DNA of 64,000 bases, taken from positions 9,214-73,213 of the forward strand of contig JBBROH010000002.1 in the NCBI GenBank assembly GCA_038229595.1. Reading direction: 5' to 3'. This document shows, piece by piece, positions 35,811-42,508 of this stretch. Position 1 is the stretch's first letter; every line of letters starts with the position of its first letter. The notes under the pieces are model-generated. The model searched no databases. It worked only from the letters and a program-made list of their open reading frames with translations, and had not been told where the DNA came from. This stretch comes from Chloroflexia bacterium. Its GTDB lineage: Bacteria > Chloroflexota > Chloroflexia > QHBQ01. The position numbers and the translations under genes were made by a program.

Positions 35811-35846
35811 CCAACAAAAGACCCCCGCCCGAAAGGGGCGAAGGTA
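35811..35846 (-). terminator. candidate attenuator/expression-platform terminator of the cobalamin riboswitch
   Basis: On the minus strand, CGCCC-cuuuc-GGGCG hairpin followed by GGGGUCUUUUGUUGG. Lies between the aptamer and the RBS. Confidence 0.4.
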
Positions 35847-35869
35847 GCGTGGCCCTGCGGCGCGGAGGG

Positions 35870-36030
35870 TAGAGTCGCCCCAGCAGGTAGCTCACACATA
35901 CCCTCTCTCGCGAAGGGTGGTCGTGTCTGCGTTGAATGGGCGATCTGGCTCACCGCGAATAGCGATTACAGTAGCGGGACTGCGCCGGGTTTGCACCGGA
36001 CTTCCCCCAGGTTCAACGCTTATTAACATC
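35870..36030 (-). ncRNA. cobalamin (AdoCbl-type) riboswitch aptamer
   Basis: Minus-strand leader reads ...GUUGAACCUGGGGGAAGUCCGGUGCAAACCCGGCGCAGUCCCGCUACUGUAAUCGC...GAGCCAGAUCGCC...GAGCUACCUGCUGG. The conserved cobalamin-riboswitch core (GGUG.AAUCCGG.GCGG.CCCGCCACUGU) is present with a single C-to-U change. Confidence 0.7.
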
Positions 36031-36036
36031 TTTCGC

Positions 36037-36065
36037 AGTATAACAGGCGGCAGCGGGCTTGTCAA
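36037..36065 (-). promoter_or_regulatory. sigma70-type promoter (TTGACA-17-TATACT) driving the riboswitch operon
   Basis: Minus strand TTGACAagcccgctgccgcctgtTATACT immediately downstream of the preceding gene's stop. Predicted TSS about 36030. Confidence 0.5.
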
Positions 36066-36073
36066 ACAGGGGA

Positions 36074-36520
36074 CTAGCGGCGGTTGAGCCAGCGGCGGAT
36101 GGTGCTGGCGATGCGCTCGAAGGGAGTTTCGGGCTGCTCAAATTGGATCGGCTGGCCGCGCCACCGCTTCTCGCCGGGGGGTAGAGACGTGCGCCCACTC
36201 TGGCTGAAGTAGTAGATCACTGCGCCGATCAGGGCCAACACCGCCAGCGGCCTGAGCAGCAAGGTGATGCGGCTGGGGTCAATCGGGGAGAGGATGATCA
36301 CTAGCAGGGTAAAGATCGCCACAGCGGTGAGGATGCTACCAGGGGTCCAGCGCACCGAGCGGCGGTTCGCTTTCGGCTTTGCGGGGTTGGCGCGGTTGGG
36401 CGGCAAGGGGCGGGCTGTCTCCTGCGGGCGCGGAGCGGCACCGTTTACCTTGCCCCATCCTGCTTCCTCGGCCTTCCGCAGAATATCCTCGATCTGTTTT
36501 TCGTAACGCTGCTGTGGCAT
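36074..36520 (-). CDS. hypothetical membrane protein (two TM helices, basic/proline-rich loop)
   Basis: MPQQRYEKQIEDILRKAEEAGW... then TM helices ILTAVAIFTLLVIILS / LAVLALIGAVIYYF. Start at 36520 follows an AGGGGGA RBS. Confidence 0.45.
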   Translation of the reverse strand: MPQQRYEKQIEDILRKAEEAGWGKVNGAAPRPQETARPLPPNRANPAKPKANRRSVRWTPGSILTAVAIFTLLVIILSPIDPSRITLLLRPLAVLALIGAVIYYFSQSGRTSLPPGEKRWRGQPIQFEQPETPFERIASTIRRWLNRR

Positions 36521-36578
36521 AGCGTGATCCCCCTGTCCCTTGAGCGACATTGCTCCCCGCTAATACGATCCTTGCCTA

Positions 36579-36607
36579 ATTCTACGACATCCTTAGCAGT
36601 TTGGCAA
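36579..36607 (-). promoter_or_regulatory. sigma70-type promoter (TTGCCA-17-TAGAAT) for the 36074..36520 gene
   Basis: Minus strand TTGCCAaactgctaaggatgtcgTAGAAT in a relatively AT-rich intergenic spacer. Confidence 0.4.
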
Positions 36608-36655
36608 GCTATTGGCCTTGAGATTCGCCAGCAAAGTTACCCCTTTAAGCCTACG

Positions 36656-37573
36656 TTAATTATCTTCCTCGTCTGCATCCGCATCTTCGTAGGCAGCAGC
36701 CTCATCCCTGTGGTCGTCCCTGTCGTTATCTTCGTACTCGTCGCCCTTGTACTCCTTGCCCGCTACATCTGCGCTAGCCTTGAGTGCCTTGACCAGCCAG
36801 AGAACAGTCCGCTTGCTCACCTGCTCGTAAGCAGGGCGCAGGGCAGCGGCGAAGTCGCCCGACCAGAAGGGTGGTTCACCGAGGCGGGTCAGGCTGGGCG
36901 ATTCGCCTTTGAGCGGCACAAGCTGCGTGCTGAAGCCCAGCAATGCTGGCCCAGGCTGCCAGAGTTGCTCGTTGTTGACCGCTGCTGGCACGGTTGGCGG
37001 GGCCGCCTTTGGCATAGTGGGAGGCTCTGGCCCGCCGGACGGCTGGGGGCCTGGCAACCCGACTGCGGTCAGTACCTGATCGCGGTCGCGGCCATAGAGG
37101 GCGAACAGCTTGAACGGGTCGCTGCTGACTTGCTGGCCGAAGCTGTACCAGAGGGCGATCAGGTGTTTGCAAAGGGCATCGCCATACCAGTCTCCGCAGT
37201 CGCAGGATAGTAGCTCAAGGTCAAGTTCGGGTACCAGTTCGATGCTGGCTGCCGCGAACAGGTCTTCGGCTTCGGGCGGCCACTCGCCCGCCAGCAGGCG
37301 GCTGAGGCGAAGCGGCTGGTTGCGGATCGCCTGCAATACTGTCTCCCACTGGTGGTCATCGGGCAGCGGCACGCGGATAGAGACCTTGTACGGGGCGGCC
37401 TCGCTGCCCTCCACCCGCCCCTTCAGCCTGCCCGGAGCAACAGTCTGGCTTAGGATGCTGCCGTTGTTGGCATAGCGGCGGCCCCGCGTGAAGCGACCCT
37501 CGTCGGTCTCGCCCTCCAACACATCGAGCCAGCGTTGCCAGAACCAGTTGCCTGCTTCCTTCTTCGTCACCAT
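36656..37573 (-). CDS. SWIM zinc-finger domain protein (partner of SNF2 helicase)
   Basis: CxC-x10-CxH SWIM motif (LLSCDCGDWYGDALCKHLIALWY). Acidic C-terminal tail (EYEDNDRDDHRDEAAAYEDADADEEDN). Start is 3 nt after the SNF2 stop. Confidence 0.7.
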   Translation of the reverse strand: MVTKKEAGNWFWQRWLDVLEGETDEGRFTRGRRYANNGSILSQTVAPGRLKGRVEGSEAAPYKVSIRVPLPDDHQWETVLQAIRNQPLRLSRLLAGEWPPEAEDLFAAASIELVPELDLELLSCDCGDWYGDALCKHLIALWYSFGQQVSSDPFKLFALYGRDRDQVLTAVGLPGPQPSGGPEPPTMPKAAPPTVPAAVNNEQLWQPGPALLGFSTQLVPLKGESPSLTRLGEPPFWSGDFAAALRPAYEQVSKRTVLWLVKALKASADVAGKEYKGDEYEDNDRDDHRDEAAAYEDADADEEDN

Positions 37574-37576
37574 CGG

Positions 37577-40500
37577 CTAGTCCCCCACCGCATCGGCACT
37601 GAGGCGCACCAGGTCGCGCAGGTCGGCGGTGCTGAGTTCGGTCAGCCAGCCCTCGCTGTCGCCGCCAACCACGCTCTCGGCCAGGGCGCGCTTGCTCTCG
37701 ATCAACTGATCGATGCGCTCCTCCAATGTGCCGATGCAGATAAACTTGTGTACCTGTACGCTCTTGGTCTGGCCGATGCGGAAGGCGCGGTCGGTCGCCT
37801 GGTTCTCCACCGCCGGGTTCCACCAGCGGTCAAAGTGGAAGACGTGGTTGGCGGCGGTCAGGTTGAGGCCCACACCGCCCGCCTTGAGGGAGAGGATAAA
37901 GAGGGGCGGCCCATCTGCACTCTGGAAGCGTTGCACCATCTCCTCACGCTTGCGCCGTTCGGTGCTGCCGCTGAGGTAGAGGGCTTCCACCCCTAGTTGC
38001 TCTTGCAGGTAGGTCTGCAACATCCCACCCATCTCGGCGAACTGACTGAAGATCAATGCCTTGTCGCCCGCACTGAGGGCTTCTTCCAACATCTCCTCCA
38101 GGCGGGCTAGCTTGCCACTGCGCCCAGTCAGGGCCGAGCCGTCGCCCAGGAAGTGGGCCGGGTGGTTGCACAGTTGCTTGAGGCGCAGCAACATCTTGAG
38201 GACGAGACCGCGCCGCTGGATGCCCGCACTCTCCTCGATCTGGCGCAAGATGTCGTTGACGAAGGCCTGGTAGAGGCTGGCCTGCTCGACCGAGAGATTG
38301 CAGTAGACCTTCATTTCGTTCTTGGAGGGCAAGTCCTGGATGATGCGCGGGTCGGTCTTGAGCCGCCGCAAGATGAAGGGCTGGGTTAGCTTGCGGAGCT
38401 TCTCGATGGCGGCGGGGTCGGCCTCCTTCTCGATGGGGGTGGCGAAGTGCTTGCGGAAGCTCTCTGCACTGCCCAGGTAGCCAGGGTTGAGAAAGTCCAT
38501 GATGCTCCACAGTTCGATCAACCTGTTCTCCACCGGCGTGCCAGTCAGGGCGATGCGCTGAACGGCGGGCAGGTTCTTGATCGCCCGCGTCTGCTTGGTG
38601 CCAGGGTTCTTGATGTTCTGGGCCTCGTCCAGTACCAGGCTGCGCCAGGGTACGCTGCCAAAAAGCTCCTCGTCGCGGGCGGCCAGGCCATAGCTGCTGA
38701 TCACCAGATCGTGGCTGTGCGCGTCGGCGGCGAAGTGTTCGTTGTCGCGCTGGCGGGTCGCCCCGTGATGCACCATTACGCGCAGGTCGGGGGTGAAGCG
38801 GTCGGCCTCGCGCTGCCAGTTGCCGACCACGCTGGTGGGGCAGAGCAGCAGGCTGGGGCCAGCCCGCCCAGCTTCCTTCTCGCGCAGCAACAGGGTCAGT
38901 AGCTGGATCGTCTTGCCCAGGCCCATGTCGTCGGCCAGGCACGCGCCGAGGCCGTAGCGACGGAGGAAGGCCAGCCAGGAGTAGCCGCGCACCTGGTAAG
39001 CGCGCAAGGTGGCGTGCAGGTTGGTGGGCGGCGGCAACTCCTCCAGGCGGCCCTCCTCCAGTTCGCCCATCAGCACCTTGAGCCAGCCCTGGGTTTCGAC
39101 TTCGCCGATCTCCAGCCCGGCGGCCTGCTCGCCCTTGCCGCCGAGAGCCAGGCGCACCGCATCGCCGAGGGCCATCGTGCCATGTGGGTTGCGCTTGAGG
39201 AACTGCAAGGCGGCTTCGCGCTGCTCTGGGCGCAACTCTAGCCACTGGCCGCGCACCTGCACTAGCGGCTGCTTGAGGTCAGCGACCTGCGCGAACTCAT
39301 CGGGCGAAAACGTCTCGTCGCCAAGCGATAGCTGCCAGTCGTACTCAACCAGACCCTCGACGTTAAAGAGACCGCTGCCAGTCTTCTTCTCGTCAGCCCC
39401 CTTCAGCCTGGCCCTCGCCTTCAGTTTGGCCCGCTGCTGCCACCAGTTCGGCACGATCACCCCCAGCCCGCTCTCCTCCAAAGGTGGGGCGGCTTCGCTG
39501 AGAAACTGGTAGGCTTCCTCCAACGTCAGGTAGGCCACGGTTGGGCGGGCGGTGGTCAAGGCGCGCGCTACGGGAGGAAAGAGGCGGGCGACATGACCGA
39601 GGGCCATCAGCAACCGCTCATGAGGGCGGTCGAAGCGGCGGCTCAGGTAGTCCAGGCTACTGCTGTCTGCCTGCCAGACATCCTCGGCGGGGACGAGCAG
39701 GCTGGGGTCGTCGTTAGCCTGCAAGAGGAAGCGCAGCCGCCACTTGTCGGGCTGCTCTGGCGCAAACAACTCCTCGTCCAACAGGCCGTCAGCGGGTTGC
39801 TGGCTGGGCGGCTGCTCAAGACGGAGGGCGACGCGGTAGCTGCTGCCGCCCTCTAGCGGCGCAGCAACCCCAGCCAACTGCCCGCGCCAGGCGGTATAGC
39901 TGTCGAACAGCGGTTGCAACTTGTCGCGCTGGGCCTTCGTGCGGAGCGTCTCCAAATCATCCACCAGGTAGCTGTGGCGGCCAAATAGCGACTGCATCCA
40001 GAGGTTGGCGTACTTATCCTTGCTCTGTGGGGCAAGATCGCGCTTGAGGAAGGAAGAAAGCGTCTCGCTGACTACGCTGTTGAGGAAGCCAGCCAGGATG
40101 GGGCCAGGCTGCTGCTGCTCACCGTCGATCATCTTCGCCAGGCCGCGCTCACCATAAGCGTAGAGGAGGGTAGCGGGGGGCCTTGCCTCTACCAGGATGT
40201 CAAAGCGGGGGCCGACAGCGGGGTGGCCGAGGTCGGCTTCCCAGCCCGCCTGCCAGTGCTTGCCACGCAGGTAGAGCGTGGGCAGGTAGTAACCGCCCAC
40301 CACGATCTCCAGCGCGAAGCGCAGGGCGGCAGCCCAGTACGCGAGGTCAGCCCCAGCAGCAAACTCTTGGCCCAGCAGGTCATCGTGCGAGCCGAGCAGG
40401 ATGTCGATCATCTCATAGTTGCTGGCCTGGATCGTGGGCAGACAGAAGCCTTCCTGCCGATTGCTGCCCGGTCGGGGCAGGTAGGCCCAGGTCGGTACGG

Positions 40501-40708
40501 CATAGTAACCGTAGAGGCCCAGCCATTGGTCGAAGTATTTGCTCAGGGTAGCGGCGGTGGCGGCTAGCGGGTACTTCGGGTAGCGGCTGTCGAAGATGTG
40601 CGAACTACCAGCCCGCGCCTTGTCCAACTCCACCCAGAAGTAGAAGCCCCCCTCATCCGTGCCATTCACCCAGCTAGCGTGTAGGGTTCTCTTTGCTTTG
40701 TCTGTCAT
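37577..40708 (-). CDS. SNF2-family helicase with N-terminal bacterial SNF2-associated (SNF2_assoc-like) domain
   Basis: 1043 aa. SNF2_N motifs (LADDMGLGKTIQ, DEAQNIKN, LTGTPVENRL). Helicase_C (LSLKAGGVGLNLTAANHVFHFDRWWNPAVENQATDRAFRIGQTKSVQVHKF). About 500-aa N-terminal region typical of bacterial YwqA-like proteins. Confidence 0.85.
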   Translation of the reverse strand: MTDKAKRTLHASWVNGTDEGGFYFWVELDKARAGSSHIFDSRYPKYPLAATAATLSKYFDQWLGLYGYYAVPTWAYLPRPGSNRQEGFCLPTIQASNYEMIDILLGSHDDLLGQEFAAGADLAYWAAALRFALEIVVGGYYLPTLYLRGKHWQAGWEADLGHPAVGPRFDILVEARPPATLLYAYGERGLAKMIDGEQQQPGPILAGFLNSVVSETLSSFLKRDLAPQSKDKYANLWMQSLFGRHSYLVDDLETLRTKAQRDKLQPLFDSYTAWRGQLAGVAAPLEGGSSYRVALRLEQPPSQQPADGLLDEELFAPEQPDKWRLRFLLQANDDPSLLVPAEDVWQADSSSLDYLSRRFDRPHERLLMALGHVARLFPPVARALTTARPTVAYLTLEEAYQFLSEAAPPLEESGLGVIVPNWWQQRAKLKARARLKGADEKKTGSGLFNVEGLVEYDWQLSLGDETFSPDEFAQVADLKQPLVQVRGQWLELRPEQREAALQFLKRNPHGTMALGDAVRLALGGKGEQAAGLEIGEVETQGWLKVLMGELEEGRLEELPPPTNLHATLRAYQVRGYSWLAFLRRYGLGACLADDMGLGKTIQLLTLLLREKEAGRAGPSLLLCPTSVVGNWQREADRFTPDLRVMVHHGATRQRDNEHFAADAHSHDLVISSYGLAARDEELFGSVPWRSLVLDEAQNIKNPGTKQTRAIKNLPAVQRIALTGTPVENRLIELWSIMDFLNPGYLGSAESFRKHFATPIEKEADPAAIEKLRKLTQPFILRRLKTDPRIIQDLPSKNEMKVYCNLSVEQASLYQAFVNDILRQIEESAGIQRRGLVLKMLLRLKQLCNHPAHFLGDGSALTGRSGKLARLEEMLEEALSAGDKALIFSQFAEMGGMLQTYLQEQLGVEALYLSGSTERRKREEMVQRFQSADGPPLFILSLKAGGVGLNLTAANHVFHFDRWWNPAVENQATDRAFRIGQTKSVQVHKFICIGTLEERIDQLIESKRALAESVVGGDSEGWLTELSTADLRDLVRLSADAVGD

Positions 40709-40711
40709 AGC

Positions 40712-40999
40712 CTAAAGGAACTTGGCTGGCGTAGCGGTGATAAAGCCTGGAGCCTTGATCCGCTTGCCGATAGTAACAATAATGTTTACTCCTGCTGCGG
40801 TGGCCGAGGCGGGCTGCATCGCGTCTTCCAGGTCGTCAATAGTCAGCGACACTGCTTGCCTCCAGGTTTGGAGATCGGTAGGGACAGCAGCGGTGTCGAT
40901 CAGCTTGTGCCTGAGGCTGTACCGCTCGTCGGCAGACAGGCGTAGGGCTGCGGCCTCGATCTGCTTATAGCGAAGATTGGTGGGCTGAGTGCTGGTCAC
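40712..40999 (-). CDS. hypothetical 95-aa protein at the head of the SNF2-SWIM operon
   Basis: MTSTQPTNLRYKQIEAAALRLSADERYSLRHKLIDTAAVPTD... Stop is 3 nt before the SNF2 start. No recognisable domain. Confidence 0.4.
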   Translation of the reverse strand: MTSTQPTNLRYKQIEAAALRLSADERYSLRHKLIDTAAVPTDLQTWRQAVSLTIDDLEDAMQPASATAAGVNIIVTIGKRIKAPGFITATPAKFL

Positions 41000-41085
41000 A
41001 GCGGCTACTCCTTTTGCGGGCTGAAGATAGCATTTTTGGTGGCTGCTGCTTGCCTTTCCTCATATTATACCGTACCAAAGCGGGC

Positions 41086-41114
41086 TTGACAAAGCCGCCC
41101 GTATTGGTCAAAAT
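41086..41114 (+). promoter_or_regulatory. candidate sigma70 promoter (TTGACA-17-CAAAAT) upstream of deoC
   Basis: gcTTGACAaagccgcccgtattggtCAAAATg about 60 nt upstream of the deoC start. Confidence 0.3.
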
Positions 41115-41170
41115 GTTGGTTAGTGAGCAGTGCCACATGAGCAGCAATCAGGGCCGCATGAGGGGTAACT

Positions 41171-42196
41171 ATGACAACTACTTTGCCACGAACGACCATC
41201 AATGGCGCAACTGACAGCGCGAGCGACAGCCACCTTGACCTGGCGATAGAGCAGCGCAATCCGGGGATGCCGCTAGACCTGGGTCTGGTCAATGCCGCGC
41301 ACGTCAACCGCAGTGCGGTAGAGCGCAGGGCCACCTCGTTGCCAGCCCGCCGCACCGTCAAGAAGGAGTGGCAGGCCGCCTGGCTCTTGCGGGCGATCAC
41401 CTGCATAGACCTGACCACGCTGGCGGGCGACGATACGCCGAGCAACGTGCGTCGCCTCTGCGCAAAGGCCCGCCAGCCCGTGCGCGACGAAATCCTGGCG
41501 GCAATGGGCGTGCAGCAGCTTGGCCTGACTGTGGGTGCGGTATGCGTCTACAACAACCTGGTGCCGGTGGCGGTCGCGGCCTTGCGCGGGACAGCGATCC
41601 CGGTCGCTGCGGTCAGCACCGGCTTCCCAGCGGGGCAGGTGAGCCACCATGTCAAGCTGGCAGAGATCGCCGACTCGGTGGCGGCGGGGGCGCAGGAGAT
41701 CGATATCGTGATCTCCCGCGCCTACGTGCTGACCGAGAACTGGCAGGCACTCTACGACGAAGTGCGCGACTTTCGGGCTGCCTGCGGGGACGCGCACATG
41801 AAGGCGATCATCGCGGTGGGCGAACTCGCTACCCTGAGCAACGTCGCCCGCGCCAGCCTGGTTTGCATGATGGCTGGCTCCGACTTCATCAAGACCAGCA
41901 CTGGCAAGGAGACGACCAACGCGAACCTGGCGAACAGCCTGGTGATGGTGCGCCAAATCCGCGAGTACCACGAGTTGAGTGGGATGCGGGTTGGCTTCAA
42001 GCCAGCCGGTGGCATCCGTACCGCCAAGCAAGCCCTGGACTTCCTGATTTTGATCAAGGAGGAACTGGGTGATGAGTGGCTGCGCCCCAACCTGTTCCGC
42101 ATCGGCGCGTCGTCCCTGCTGACCGACATCGAACGCCAGCTAGAACACTTCGTCACCGGCCACTACGCTGCCAGCTACCGCCAACCAATGGTCTAG
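41171..42196 (+). CDS. deoC: deoxyribose-phosphate aldolase (long, class I DERA-like)
   Basis: 341 aa. ITCIDLTTL substrate-pocket region and the Schiff-base lysine context SDFIKTSTGKE (DERA DFxKTSTGF motif). Confidence 0.8.
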   Translation: MTTTLPRTTINGATDSASDSHLDLAIEQRNPGMPLDLGLVNAAHVNRSAVERRATSLPARRTVKKEWQAAWLLRAITCIDLTTLAGDDTPSNVRRLCAKARQPVRDEILAAMGVQQLGLTVGAVCVYNNLVPVAVAALRGTAIPVAAVSTGFPAGQVSHHVKLAEIADSVAAGAQEIDIVISRAYVLTENWQALYDEVRDFRAACGDAHMKAIIAVGELATLSNVARASLVCMMAGSDFIKTSTGKETTNANLANSLVMVRQIREYHELSGMRVGFKPAGGIRTAKQALDFLILIKEELGDEWLRPNLFRIGASSLLTDIERQLEHFVTGHYAASYRQPMV

Positions 42197-42230
42197 CTTG
42201 CAAAGTACGGTCACATAAAGGAGCGCAAAC

Positions 42231-42449
42231 TTGAACGAGGAAACAACCGGCTGGGCCGAGCAGTTGAGTGCAGTCGAGGCGAAGCTAGGCGAGGCCTACG
42301 AGCAGCTAGCCGCCCTGCGCGACGAGATGAAGTCGGCGGGCAACAAGAAGGAGTCCACCGCCTTCAACGAGCCAATGGAAAGGCTGGCCCGCTACGCCCG
42401 CCTTTTTGCCGAAATCCGAGCCAGTTGGAGCGGGGACGACGCACTGTAG
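42231..42449 (+). CDS. hypothetical small helical protein
   Basis: 72 aa. TTG start 7 nt after an AAGGAG Shine-Dalgarno. MNEETTGWAEQLSAVEAKLGEAYEQLAALRDEMKSAGNKKE... coiled-coil-like. Confidence 0.35.
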   Translation: MNEETTGWAEQLSAVEAKLGEAYEQLAALRDEMKSAGNKKESTAFNEPMERLARYARLFAEIRASWSGDDAL

Positions 42450-42508
42450 GCACTCTCCCAGCCCCCGTGCAACGGTGGAGGAGTCGCTCATCAAGAAGGA
42501 TATGTGAC

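Noticed and set aside
36656-40708. SNF2 helicase plus SWIM as a DISARM/BREX-like defence island
   Set aside because: No adenine or cytosine methyltransferase, PLD nuclease, DUF1998 or other defence partners are present in the flanks. The pair matches the widespread YwqA/YwqB-like housekeeping arrangement. It is kept as a low-priority finding only.
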